Below the pieces are notes generated by a model. It ran no database searches. It was not told the origin of the DNA and was given only the letters and a program-made list of their open reading frames with translations. The position numbers were made by a program, and so were the translations under genes. A stretch of DNA of 64,000 bases from Octopus vulgaris (Eukaryota), in assembly GCA_951406725.2 (NCBI GenBank), contig OX597820.1, positions 116,188,001-116,252,000 of the forward strand, written 5' to 3'. Positions 35,014-49,288 of the stretch are shown one piece after another; positions within the stretch are counted from its first letter, which is position 1; every line of letters starts with the position of its first letter.

Positions 35014-38000
35014 CTGGAATATCAGGGAGAAATATTAATTTTACATCATAGTTCTACATTAGGTATTTCATAGTGTACTTTGTCCTATAGCAAATATACA
35101 GTAGGTATTTTTCATCATTGGTTGATGGTATTGCAGAGACAGTAACTTAAGCACCTGTCATGTGCCTGGGCTATTTCCAGAAGCACGTACCTAGGCCAAG
35201 TAAACATAACACCTCTCCACTCATGGGTACATTACAAAAGAAAGACAATACATTCATAGTATCCACGGAGACACAGTGGATGCCAGATATTGGTTAAGTA
35301 CACCCATACATATCTACCTTAGGGGCGCTCCCTCTTGATTCCATGTGTGTGTGTGTGTGTGTGGGGGGTTCTCCTTTAGTCTTCTATGAGTTTGGTGCAA
35401 TAAGAGTCACAAGCCCAGTAGCTATCAGGTTGCAGGATGTGTGTGGAGTCACCTCCTTTTAGATGAGGAGCTAAAGAGCCAAACGAATTCATTTTCCATA
35501 GTTCCAGATGCAGATTGAAGTCACGCTTAGAACCTCATACAAAGATCCTAGTAGTAATCAGAAGTGTTCAGATGAGCTTCATTCTTTGGTCCTGCCAGTC
35601 TGGGAATAGTCTATTAGAATTCAGTTTACCAAATTGAGAAAATGTCATCCATACTTCTATAAATAAAGCATTTTCTGCCCAGAACAGCTGAATTGTAAAA
35701 TATATTCTCTCCCCATTTTTGCTTCAGAATATAGCTAGAACCTTTTTAAATTAAGGGGTAACAAGAACCTTGTCTAAAATAGCAGTTTTCAAATAAGGCA
35801 GGATGGTTAGAGATGGAATGCCTTTGATCAGGGCTGGATCAAGGTTAAACAACCTCTTTCATATTCATGATTGGACAGTGCAGAATTTATATAATTTATT
35901 ATAGATATGAATTATAAATAATTTTTAAACTGCAGAGATTGTGACACAGCTTTCTCTTTCAACACCAGAAAGAAATACTGAGAGTGTGCAAGCATTTGTG
36001 ATTCTGTAATTTCTATATCTTTGCTTTAAGATTCAACTACATACATCAGTCACACTATTCTTTAGTGTGTATGCGTGTGCTGAAAGTGCTAGTAGCACAA
36101 GGAAGGCACTCAGTAACTGCTATAAAGTGGTTGGTATTAGGAAGGGCAAGCAGTTGCAGAAACCATGCTTAAACAGACACTGGAGACAAAGTAGTCCATC
36201 GGCCCAGAAAATCCTGTCAAAACTGTTCAGCCCATGCCAGCATGGAACATGGACTTTAACCCTTTTGTTACTGTATTTATTTTGAAATGCCCCGTTTTTC
36301 TTTCTATTATTTTAAATATAACAAAGAATTTAGTAAAATAACTTAGTTATCATTAAGCTAGTGTTAAGAACATAAATTATGACTAAGGTTTGGTGGAAGA
36401 TTTTAATTCAAAACTTATGAAAACAAGACATTTATACTACAGAGCCAGAGGTGGTTTCAGGTGGATTGGTATTGAAAGGGTTAAATGATGATAATGACAG
36501 TACTGCTATCCAATTTAACCTAATAGTTGCAGGGTTTCATAAAAATGCCAGTGTATCACCACCACCCCAACTCCCACCTGAAACTAGTCCTCAGCCTCTT
36601 TTGTCCAATCTGTTTGCATGGCCAATTGCTTGTTTTTGTATTGACTCTGACATCTCAAAAACTACTGAAGCTACAAACTACAAAAAATTTTAAAAATTAT
36701 AATGAAGCAAAATCAAATTTTCCCATTCCATTCCAATAAATATTTGTTTCCCATTCTGGCAATTATGGGATGGTTTGACAAGAGCTGGGTAGCCAGTGAA
36801 CTGCACCAAATTCCAACGTCTGCTTTGGTATGGGTTCCTATGGCTGGATGTCCTTCTTAACACCAAGCACTTTTACAAGGTATACTGGGTGCGTTTTATG
36901 TGGTTCCTGGCACCCAGTGAGATCACTAAGTAAGGAGTTACTTGAGATATCAGACTCCCCACCTCAACTGAGGAGGGGAGTAGCACTGCGGGGGGTGGGT
37001 TTGTGGGGTTGGCTTTATGCCAAACGATGAAAAGTTTTAAAAAATGCTTTTATAAATTCGCTTGTCATTATTGCAGAATGGTGATGTTAACTTTACATCA
37101 ATGGTTGTGTGGTTAAGCAGTTTGCTTTGCAATCACAAGGACTTAGGTTTAGTTCCACTGCATGGTACCATGTGCAAGTGTCATCTACCATAGCCTCTGG
37201 CCAACCAAAGCCCTGTCAATGGATTTGGTAGACGGAAACAGAGTGGTTGCCTGTCGTGTGTGTGTGTGTGTGTGTGATATGTAAAAAGCACCTGTGTTGG
37301 TGCCACACAAAAAGCACCCGTTCTGGTGCCATATAAAAAGCACCGAGTACACCGTGTAAAGTGGGGCGTCCAGCTGTAGAAACCATGCCAAACCAGACAA
37401 TTGGGTTAAAAACCCTTTAGATAGAAAATGTTGAAGGCTGTTTGTGGGACATGAACCTGTCATGTTTACAGGAAATGTAGGTTTGAGTCTGGCATTTTTT
37501 AGCCAAAGAGTTTATAAATTCCAAAAAAGAATAATATATGTGTGTGTGTGTGCTTGTGCCTACCCCTCCCTCCCTCCTTCCCTGCCACTTAACAACTGCT
37601 CAGTGTCAGCTTGTTTAGATCCCTGAAACTTAGTGGTTTGCCAACAGAGGCTGATAGAATAAATCATCATCGTTTAACATCTGCTTTCGATGCTAGCATG
37701 GGTTGGATGGTTTGGCTGAGGGCTGGTGAACCAGATGGCTGCACCAGGCTCCAGTCTTGATCTGGCAGAGTTTCTACAGCTGGATGCCCTTCCTAATGCC
37801 AACCACTCCGAGAGTGTAGTGGGTGCTTTTACGTGCCACTGGCACGGGGGCCAGTCAGGCGGTACTGGCAACGACCTCGCTCGAATCTTTTTACACATGC
37901 CAACGGCACAGGTGCCAGTAAGGCGATGCTTGGGTTGACTGTTCAACTGTTCAGTGCCCCAGCCTGGCCACAATCCAATGATTCAAACAAGTAAAAAAAT

Positions 38001-38726
38001 ATAATAAAAATGTCATAATTTGTTCCACTTCTGCTATGAAAGTAAGACAGTCAGTCATATAAAATGCATTCAACATAAATATCTTTCTTTTTTTCCACTT
38101 CAATGAGTTTGTAGTATTGAGTTAAATATTTTTCTGATTATACAATAAAATATATATTGGGCTGGGAAGATGTTCAGTTTTTGGTTGACACAAAAATTCC
38201 TGCATTCCATTAAGTAGCTAACTTCAGCCTGGCTCTTGTGCACGTGCACTCGTTAGATGCCTGACACATCAATATAGTTCGATGTGCACCTGTGCAAGGA
38301 GAGAAAAAAAATGCATGTAGTAGCTAACGATCTATCATGGCGTACTACTTCATTCTCATTATAAGCTGGTAGGTGTATAAATACAACAATGATGATACAT
38401 ATTGGCTATAATATAAACATTCAAGAGTTTAAGGCAGCGAGCTGGCAGAAACGTTAGCACACCGGGCGAAATGTGTAGCCGTATTTCGTCTGCTGTAACG
38501 TTCTGAGTTCAAATTCCGCCGAGGTCGACTTTGCATTTCATCCTTTCAGGGTCGATAAATTAAGTACCAGTGACGCACTGGGGTCAATATAATCGACTTA
38601 ATCCTTTTGTCTGTCCTTGTTTGTCCACTCTATGTTTAGCTCCTTGTGGGTGGTAAAGAAATAGGTATTTCAAACCAACTATTGTTGTCGAGTGGTGGTG
38701 AGAGATAAAAATGAAGACACACACAG

Positions 38727-38765
<39 letters not shown>

Positions 38766-39663
38766 TCTCTCTTTACTTGCTTCAGTCATTTGACTGCGGC
38801 CATGCTGGAGCACCGCCTTTAGTCGAGCAAATCGACCCCGGGACTTATTCATTGTAAGCCCAGTACATATTCTATCGGTCTCTTTTGCCGAACAGCTAAG
38901 TGACGGCGATGTAAACACACCAGCGTCAGTTGTCAAGCAATGCTAAGGGGACAAACACAGACACACACACATATATATATATATACATATATACGACGGG
39001 CTTCTTTCAGTTTCCGTCTTCCAAATCCACTCACAAGGCATTGGTCGGCCCGGGGCTATAGTAGAAGACACTTGCCCAGGGTGCCACGCAGTGGGACTGA
39101 ACCCGGAACCATGTGGTTGGTAAGCAAGCTACTTACCACACAGCCACTCCTGCGCCTATATATATATATATAAATATATATACACCTTTCACTAATGTAT
39201 AGAGATGAAGGATATAAAACATTGGTAAGAAACCCAAAAAGCAATTGCTTTTCAAAACAAATCCCTTGTGATATTTGTTCAGCATAGAGTCACACAGGTG
39301 CTTCCTTATTACTTCTGCAGTTAGAAATGCCATGAATCAATAACTGGCTCATTGTAGACCTGTAACTAACAATGCCTTTATTCTCCAATTGCAATATAAA
39401 ATATTGTTCTGAGTTCAAATCTGCTGAGGTCAACTTTGCCTTTCATCCTTTTGCAGTCGATAAATTAAGTACCACTTGACTGGCCCCCTCCCCCAAATTT
39501 CGGGCCTTGTGCCTAGACTAGAAAAGAATATAAACATTCGAGGGTTTTTCAAATATATTTCATGCTTAAAATTATTTAGAAGATATTTACACGTTTGACC
39601 TAAAGTAAAAAAAAAAAAAAAAAACCAGGACATTTAAATAAAAATAGAAAAGATTTCACCTAC

Positions 39664-39718
39664 TAGACTGAAAGCTATGGTCCACAGGAAGAGATTGGAG
39701 TCCCTCAAACTCATCATC
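39664..39718 (-). CDS. EMC10: EMC10 exon 2 (DDEFEGLQSLPVDHSFQS)
   Basis: HSF motif; ctctttag acceptor; A|gtaggt donor; phase 0/1. Confidence 0.9.
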
Positions 39719-40229
39719 CTAAAGAGAGGTAAAAAAAAACAAAAGAAAAAATTATTTCTAATACAAATAAGAAGACATATATTTTAGGGTAACTGGGTAT
39801 GATGCCACACAAAGAAACTGATAGTAGGGGCAGGGGGATACAGTTTACTGTATTAACTAATGGTATTTGACTGGTATGTTAACATCATTGACCTGAAAGG
39901 GTGAAAAGCAATGCCTATCCCAAAGGGATTTGTGGAATTCAGGAAGTCAAGGATGTAACTAAGTTCAGATAAATATTCTGTGTGCCATTTCTTCTTTCTT
40001 CTCTTTCTCCATCTAATAATAATCCTTTCTACTACAGTCACAAAGCCTGAAAGTTTTGAAGAGGGGCTAGTTGATTATACTGACCCTGTGCTTAACCAGT
40101 AGCTATTTTAAGAAGGCTGACAGGTAAAGGATTTGAATTTAGAAGGTATAGCTGGAAGAAATGCACCAAGACATTTTGTCTGGCATGCTAATGGTTCCAC
40201 CAGATGGCCACCCTCCATAAAGATAATAA

Positions 40230-40998
40230 TAACAAGAGCATTCAGAGAGCGCAAACCTCCGCCAAGGCAACACCAATGTCCTCTCAACGATTAGCTGGAG
40301 ATGATTTTTTAAATGAGAATATCTGAAATAAACTCAACTGCTCTCACAAACAAGAATACTAAAAATGAACCTGACCGGTCTCAAAAATTAAATTAAAAAA
40401 AAACAGGAAAAATAATCCATAATCCTTGTCTGGTACCGGATTACTCTTTACTCTTTTACTTGTTTCAGCCATTTGACTGTGGCCATGCTGGAGCACCGCC
40501 TTTAGTCGATCAAATCGACCCCGGGACTTATTCTTTGTAAGCCCAGTACTTATTCTATCGGTCTCTTTTGCTGAACCATTAAGTGACGGGGACGTAAACA
40601 CACCAGCATCGGTTGTCAAGCAATGCTAGGGGGACAAACACACACACACATATACACATATATACGACAGGCTTCTTTCAGTTTCCGTCTACCAAATCCA
40701 CTCACAAGGCATTGGTCGGCCCGAAGCTATAGTAGAAGACACTTGCCCAAGATGTCACGCAGTGGGACTGAACCCGGACCCATGTGGTTGGTAAGCAAGC
40801 TACTTACCACACAGCCACTCCTGCGCCTATTGGATTGGTCCCAAAATTTAATCAGTTTGTGCCAGTCATGAGGCCAAACATCTCTGAACGTTTCAGCTGA
40901 ATCCATCCATTGGTTCTTGAAATATCTTGTCAATGGAAAAACAAACATACAAACGCGACTGAAAATCATACCTCTGCCTTCGCTAAGGCAGAGGTAAT
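40230..40998. mobile_element. Helentron/DINE-like non-autonomous element with a nested SINE
   Basis: Subterminal acctccgccaaggc and 3' hairpin acctctgcctt..aaggcagaggt; SINE inserted at 40441-40829. Confidence 0.55.
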
Positions 40999-41394
40999 AA
41001 TGGTTTAGCATTTCAGGGGCAGGGGTAAGGCCAGCACATTGGCCCCCAGAGTTCTTCTGGTACTTATTTTATGGACCCTGAAGGGATGAAAGACAAAATC
41101 AACCTTGGCAGAATTTGAGCTCAGACATATGGACAAATGATATGCTGCAGAGCATTTTGTCTGGCTGGCTAATCATGATAATCATCCTTTCTACTAAAGG
41201 CACAAGGCCTGAAATTTGCAGAGAGAGGACAAGTTGATTACATCGATCCCAGTACGCAACTGGTACTTAATTTATCGACTCTGAAAGGATAAAAGACAAA
41301 GTTGACCTCAGCGGAATTTGAACTCAGAATGTAAAAACGGATGAAATGCCACTAAGCACTCTGCCTGGCATGCTAACGATTCTGCCAGCTTGCC

Positions 41395-41436
<42 letters not shown>

Positions 41437-41440
41437 AAAA

Positions 41441-41817
41441 ATGCTTTCTAATTGATGTATCAATACCGGCAGATGACAACGTGTCTCTAAAAGAAATGGA
41501 GAAACTCTCAAAATACAAAGACCTGGAAATAGAGGTAACTAGAATGTGGAACCTGAAAACAGAAACAATTCCTATCATAGTAGGTGCATTAGGCATGATA
41601 AAAAAATATTCAGACAAATACATAACAAAAACACCAGGACTTACAAACACATATAACATACAGAAAATTGCACTACTAGGCACTGCACACATCCTATGCA
41701 GAACACTTTCCATACAATAACCATCAGAGCATCACAACAAATCACAGCACATACCCAAGGCACACAGAGCTGCGCTCGGTAGTGAAGTGAAAGCACGCTA
41801 TAAAAATAAAACTACTG
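41441..41817 (+). mobile_element. 5'-truncated Dong/R4-clade retrotransposon in an (AAT)n tract
   Basis: CFLIDVSIP...KEMEKLSKYKDL..E..RMW...PIIVGALG RLE C-terminus; (AAT)n on both sides, the known Dong target. Confidence 0.88.
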
Positions 41818-42352
41818 AATAATAATAATAATAATAATAATGAAAACAAGACATTTGTACTACAAAGCCAGAGGTGGTTTCAACCAGGTTGGTATCAAAA
41901 GGATTAAATCATACTTGACAATAAGAGTGTCAAATTCGTTTGGGTTTGCAGGCCTGGTTAGAGGCTAAGAAGGTCATTTTCCAATCATGTGGTTCTGGTT
42001 TCAACCCAAATGCACAGCGCCTTGGGCAAGTATGCGTTTTATAAATTTAGGTTGACTAATGTCTCCTGTCAGAGGAATTTGACAGAAAAAAACTGTGTGG
42101 AAACCTTTCATTCATACATGTGTGTGTATCTTTTACTTGTATCAGTCATTGGACTGCTGCCATGCTGGGGCACTGCCTTGAAGGGTTTTAGTTTAATGAA
42201 TCAACCCCTGTATGTATATTTTTAAGCTTGGTATTTATTCTGTTAGCATGTTGCCTAAGTTACATGGATGTAAACAAACCAACTCTGGTTGTCGAGTGGT
42301 GGTGAGAGATAAAAACGAAGACACACACACATTATATATATATATATATATA

Positions 42353-42550
42353 TAAAGTTAATCCAAACAAGAAAACACAAAAAAAACACAGCAATACCAG
42401 GACATGGAACAAATAAAGTATTATTGGACGCTCAGGGAAGAAGGAGAGTTTAACGTTTTGAGCGGAGCTCTTCGTCGGAAACATAGAAGGAAAGATCCTG
42501 AGAAGGGAAGACAGAGGGAAAAAAATCACTGGCGGTACTCATGAGGTCAC
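42353..42550 (-). mobile_element. Penelope-type short repeat with a minimal hammerhead-like motif
   Basis: Minus strand reads GTTT-CCGACGA-aGAGC tcc GCTC-AAAAC-GTT-AAAC (~42447-42482); inserted in a TA tract. Confidence 0.6.
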
Positions 42551-44380
42551 ATATATATATATAAATATATATACATCTTTCACTAATGTATAGAGATGAA
42601 GGATATAAAACATTAGTAAGAAACCCAAAAAGCAATTGCTTTTCAAAACAAATCCCTTGTGATATTTGTTCAGCATAGAGTCACACAGGTGCTTCCTTAT
42701 CACTTCTGCAGTTAGAAATGCCATGAATCAATGACTGGCTCATTGTAGACCTGTAACTAACAATGCTTTTATTCTCCAATTGCAATATAAAATATGAGGT
42801 CACTCACATCTAACAAAGGAAAATGGAAAACAGAACATGACAAGGTTTTACAAAATATTTATAGACACACGCATGGCTGTGTGGTTATAAAGCTCTCATT
42901 GCAACCATGTGATTTCAAGTTCAGTCCCAGTGTGTGACACAATGGGCAAGTGTTTTCTACTACAGCCCTGGGGTTGACCAACACCTTGCAAGTGGATTTG
43001 GTTCATAGTGTCTATATGTGTGTGTCTGTGTGTCCTTGTTTGTCATCTCCACTTGCTTCACAATAAGTGTTGGTTTGTTTCTGTTCCCATAACTTAGCGG
43101 TTCAGGAAAAGAGACTGATAGAATAAGTACCAGACTTAAAAGAAAAAACAGAAGCAATTTGTTTGGTTAAGATCCTTCAGGCCAGTGATCCAGCATGGCC
43201 ACAGTCCAATGATTAAAACAAGTAGAATATACAAGATACATCTGCTTCCAACATATGTTGGAAAGCTTCCACATTAACGAAGCAGATGTTCACAAACGAA
43301 CAAGAGAAGTGAATTAAAATGAGAAATGTCTGAGATTAGGATTATACTTTTCTATTCTTAGATCAACATGCTACTAATTAAATACAAAATTGATATTTTC
43401 AATCATAATCGCAAAAGCTTGCTTGAGTTATAAATTACTATCTTCACGATTGAGTTTCAGTGGATAATTAAGCAGATTATAAGCTTAGACGTCTTATCTG
43501 AGTTGTTGAAATTAAGGAAGGAAAGAGATTACAACAATGCATGATTATATCTGACTGCAAAGACAACAAATGTATGTACAAATATATACACATAGGCAAT
43601 CTCTGTAATGAAATTATAACAGAATTTAATCTTGAATAAACAGAATAAAAGTACAGAACTGTCCAAGTAACTACATACTAATTCTCTGGATTTTAAGTAG
43701 CAAGTGGATCTTAGAAAATCATAATGAGCTAAACTTCTCAGCTGTGCGAAATGGCCAAGTCTGTTTGTTGGAGAGAAAAGCAGGGGGTAGAAACAGAAAA
43801 TAATCCCCTATTTAGCTGCCATGTAATCAAATCATATTTTATAAAGAACGCGATAATTGCAGGTCAGCCACTTGGAAAGTAATCTGCAGACTGGTTCCAC
43901 AGCAGGTTCAGACGATTTTCTCTGGGATTGAATTCCTGTTGTTTAAAGTTGATTGCACTGATAAATAAGGTCAGTGCTGTGTGCAACACTTTATCCACTC
44001 AAAACATGTTCATACACAGGAAAATTCTTGGAATCAGAATGTTTGCATGGACTTACTGAGTTTAAGAAGAGGTCTTAGTCAGTCACAGGTTGACTCCAGC
44101 TATGTATGTATGCGTGTACACACACCCACACACACACCAATAAGCCTATAAGTGCAAAATGAGGTGGAAAAAATAGTACGCAAATACCAAAAGCAGAGTA
44201 ATGTACTATTTTATTAATACTGAAAAAATCTTCACAAACTGTTGCTCAGAATTTCATGTGATAATTCTTCAGACGGTTGCGATAAGACGGAATTACTCCA
44301 TATTCTCATAACCATCTGATGATCAGTCACATGAGACTGAGTAACAGTTTGTGAAGATTTTTTCAGCTTTAATACAATAA

Positions 44381-44411
<31 letters not shown>

Positions 44412-46757
44412 ATATAAAAATAGAACAAAAACACAATAGATGGCATCAAAACGTTTGGACAGATAGACGATACAAAGGCGGACAAGAGAAACGACAATTA
44501 GAAGGACAGGCAAGTCCCAGAAGTCACAACCATTTCAGGCAGTTATACTTGAGATGGTTCGATCTGGTTGCCCCCCGCCCCCAAAAGTCTAAGCTAAGAG
44601 CATTAGACCCCTTTGTAAGAAAGTTAGTGAATGTGTATGGCGACAAAGACAACAAAAAAAGAAAAACAGAGTACGTGGTACAAATTACGAATACAAACAA
44701 CAAGAAATAACAACAGGCGTCTTTCGACTGAGAACGAATCAAATTGAGCTGTTGTGTATGAAGTGAGAGCCTAAAGGTAGGAACATGGGAGATGGACACA
44801 AGAGGTGTTGGTGCTTGGCAGTCAGGTCAAGAAAGAAAGATCATGGCTGGCTGGACACCGGTCACGTGGAAGGAGGAGAGACAGGTAGGGGACAGTGGGA
44901 TTGAAGGATTAGGAAAAAATCAGAGACAAATATATATATATATATATAGGGAGAATTCATGAAAAAAACAAAAGATGAGAACAGGTGGTGTAGAAAACAA
45001 ACAGATGTATTAATATAACGCTTGGGAATTGAAAAAGTCTTTTATATATATATCCATTATGTGCAACAGAAGTAGTATTAGATTAAAATAGGTATCTGTG
45101 TATCATTATATATATATATATATATCGTCATCATTTAACGTCTGCCTTCCATGCTGGCATGGGTGGGACGGTACCACAAGAGCTGGCCAGGCCAAAGCCT
45201 GCACCAGACTTCTGTGACTGTTTTGGCAGGATTTTTACAGCTGGATGCCCTTCCAAACACCAACCACTTTACTTATATATTAAGCAAATTTTAGGTTAAT
45301 TAAAATATGTTTGTGACATATTTCAACTTCTAAAGGCAAATTCACTGCAGTTACCATGGAGAAAAGTTTCTTTTTTATGGTAAAAGGTGTACAAACACTG
45401 TATCTGCCAAGAGTTGGCCCCCTGTTGGGTTCCCCACATGTATATTCATTTACTTGTTTCAGTCATTGGACTGCAGCCATACTGGAGCATCCAGTTTCAG
45501 CAATCATATCAATTTCAGTATTTGTTTGATTTAAAGTCTGGTATTTATTCTATCAGCCTTGTTTTGTCGAACCATTAAGTTACAGGGATATAAACAAACC
45601 AACACCAGTTGTCGGTCAGTGCAAGACAAACAGAAAGATTAGGGATAATTTAGAAGACAAAAATAAATGAAAGAATAAATAGATCCTGTAATTATTGAAT
45701 GACATTTTTGCCGATACTTTCTTCAGCATGGTTAAGCATTTATATGCACACTTATTCAAGTATTCTATGATATATATGTATCATATATATATATATATAC
45801 ATACCCACACACACATTCATTTGTTCTTTCAGTTGTTTTTTCCCATGATAGTATAGCTTAGATGGGGAAGGGATTTTAATGGTCAGATGCTTTTCCTGTC
45901 ACTAACCCTTACCTGTTTTCAGGTAAGGGTTTTTTTTCCAAGAGGAATATGAAAGCACAGAGCTTGAGGGTTATTTGTTGATAGGAAAGGAACATTGTTT
46001 ATAGCCTAGAGCCTAGCCACAACTGTGTATAGCTGACTGGACACTAGCACAAATATACATGCATGCATGTACACACATACACAAATGAGCTTTGGGCTAC
46101 ACTGACACCTGCCCTAGGTACTGTGCAGCGAGACTGAACCTGAAATCATGTGATTGAACTTTGAACTTCTTGACTACAGTCATGGTTGTGCTCCGTGAGT
46201 GGATTTGGTAGAAAGAAACTGACAGAAGATAGGGCGGCAAGCTGGCAGAAACGTTAGCACGCCAGGCGAAATGCTTAGCGGTATTTCACCTGCCGTTACG
46301 TTCTGAGTTCATATACCGCTGAGGTCGACTTTGCCTTTCATCCTTTTGGGGTTGATAAATTAAGTACCAATTACACACTGGAGTCGATGTAATCGACTTA
46401 ATCCCTTTGTCTGTCCTTGCTTGTCTCCTCTATGTTTACCCCCTTGTGGGTAGTAAAGAAATAAGAAACTGAAAGAAGGTCACCATATATGGCACGTAAA
46501 AAGCACCATCCGTCCGTGGCCGTTTGCCAGCTCCGTCTGGCACCTGTGCGGGTGGCATGTAAAAAGCACCCACTACACTCATGGATTGGTTGGCGTTAGG
46601 AAGGGCATCCAGCCGTAGAAACACTGCCAGATCAGACTGGGCCTGATGCAGCCTTCTGGCTTCACAGACCCCAGTTGAACCGTCCAACCCATGCTAGCAT
46701 GGAAAGCAGACGCTAAATGATGATGATGATGATATATATATATATATAAATAATCGC

Positions 46758-47715
46758 CATCATCATTCAATGTCTGCTTTCCATGCTGGCATGGGTTAGA
46801 TGGCTTGACTGGACCTGATAATCCAGAGAGCTGCATCAGGTTGCAGTCAGAATTTGGTTTGGTTTCTACGGCTGGATGCCCATCCTAACACCAATCACTC
46901 CGAGAGTGGAGTGGGTGCCATTTACGTGCAACTACCACGGGTGCTTTTTACAAGTCCCCAGCACTGACCACAACTACAATTTCACTTGGCTTGACGAGTC
47001 TTCTCAATCACAGCATATCACCAAAGGTCATTACCACTTGTCACTGCCCCCTCCGTAAGACCCGACATTTGAAGATCATGTCTCACCACCTCATCCCATG
47101 TCTTCCTGGCTCTACCACTTCCACAAGTTCCCTCCACAGTTAGAGATTGCTACTTCTTTATGTAGATATCCTCATCCATGTGCATCACACGACCATACCA
47201 GCACAGAAGCCTCTCTTGCATACCACATCTGATGCCTTTTATGCTCAGGATGATCACACTCAGTTACACATGCAAACTGACATTGCACACCAAGCAGAGC
47301 ACACTACATTCATTTCTTTTAAGCCTTTGCATGTCCTCTACAGTCTCAGCCCATGTTTCGCTGCCATGTAGCATGGCTGTTTGCACAAAGGCATCATACA
47401 ATCTGTCTTTCACTCTGAGAGAGAAGCCCTTTGTTGCCAATAAAGATAGAAGCTCTCAACTTTGTCCAGCCTGTTCTTTTCAAGAAGCTATGCTCTTGGA
47501 GCATAGCTGACTTGGTCACCTAGGTAACGAAAGCTATCAATTACTTCTTGGCATCCCTGATGGTATTTGATGGAATCTATTTTCTGAATATTTCTAGTGT
47601 TTACTGTATCTGTGCATCTGTCACAGACAAAGACTATTTTCCCTGTTAACCATCCTCTGATATTGCTGCATCTCTTATGTGTCCATCGCTTGCACTGGGT
47701 ACACCTTATGGAGTT
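46758..47715 (-). mobile_element. degenerate RTE LINE 3' portion
   Basis: NSIRCTQCKRWTHKRCS...EVIDSFRYLGD and RTE 3' UTR. Confidence 0.85.
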
Positions 47716-48990
47716 TATATATGTGAGTGTGTGTGTGTGTGTGTTACCTTGTCTTGGCATTGTTTGATTGTTGTAAATGAATGTCATTAATTTTAAATAT
47801 TCTGTGAAAAAATAGATTGTCACGGAGAAATATTATCTTATTTGGAAACAGATGACAGTTAGTAGCAGGAAGGGTATCTGGTAATAGAGAACCTGCACCA
47901 GTAAACTCCGTCTGACCCATCAAGCATAGAAAAGAAGATATTGAAATGGTGACAATACACGCATATGCATTCAATCATTTATTTTAGAACTTTTTTTCTC
48001 TTGGACAGAGAGACACACACCAAGGTACTGTGCAGTGGGACTGAACCCAGAATTATGTAGTTGTGAAATTAACCACTCAACTATACCTGTATCTATTATA
48101 GGTAACTCTATACTGCAGCTGGTGCCCCCTCCCAAAAAAAAACAAACAAAAATTCACCCAATATATTCTGTAAAGTGTTTGATGTTAAGAAGAGCACCCT
48201 ACAGCAAGGAGCAAGCCCAAACTGATCTGTGTTGGTTTGTTTATATCCCTGTAACTTAATGGTTCAACTAAACAAGGCTGATAGAATAAATACCAGACTT
48301 TAAATCAAACAAATACTGAAATTGATATGATTGCTGAAACTCGATGCTCCAGTATGGCTGCAGTCCAATGACTGAAACAAGTAAATGAATATACATGTGG
48401 GGAACCCAACAGGGGCCAACTCTGATCTGTTGGAACAAAACATGGTTCTCAGGCCTGTCAGATCTTGTTCAATTCTCCAAACTCATGCCATCAAGGAAAG
48501 CAGACATAAAATGATGATGATGATACATAGGTGATACACTTAGACACACACTGCACTGTAGGCTCGTCCACTTTATACCAGCTGATGCCAATAATAGGAT
48601 CTTCTCAAGAGAATGTTTAAATAAGCTGCATTGAAATTACTCCAGAAGGGGATAATGGCAAATATGTTGATAAGCACTTAATCTACTTTTGCCAACAGTG
48701 AAAACTGAAGATTAAGCTGGTTGTGGTAGTCTTTCTTTCCGACTGCAATGCATCTAATTCGAATTGTAGGTTATTTCACGTGAAATACATAAAATGAATA
48801 TACAAACTAGAATTATTTATATATATATAGCTGCAGTCATGGCTGTGTGGTAAGTAGCTTGCTTACCAACCACATGGTTCCGGGTTCAGTCCCACTGCGT
48901 GGCACCTTGGGCAAGTGTCTTCTACTATAGCCTCGGGCCGACCAAAGCCTTGTGAGTGGATTTGGTAGACGGAAACTGGAAGAAGCCCGT

Positions 48991-49031
<41 letters not shown>

Positions 49032-49251
49032 ATGTATGTTTGTGTGTCTGTGTTTGTCCCCCTAGCATTGCTTGACAACCGATGCTGGTGTGTTTATGTC
49101 CCTGTCACTTAGCGGTTCGGCAAAAGGGACTGATAGAATAAGTACTGGGCTTACAAAGAATAAGTCCCGGGGTCGAGTTGCTCGACTAAAGGCGGTGCTC
49201 CAGCATGGCCGCAGTCAAATGACTGAAACGAGTAAAAGAATAAAGAGTATA

Positions 49252-49288
<37 letters not shown>

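Noticed and set aside
35620-35665. RSMDDIFSIW on the minus strand, resembling a Penelope RT motif
   Set aside because: Isolated motif with no supporting flanking homology.
42539-42750. Duplicated, mutually exclusive EMC10 exon (also ~39133-39360)
   Set aside because: All three frames from the apparent acceptor hit stops, there is no EMC10 homology, and the gene model is complete without it.
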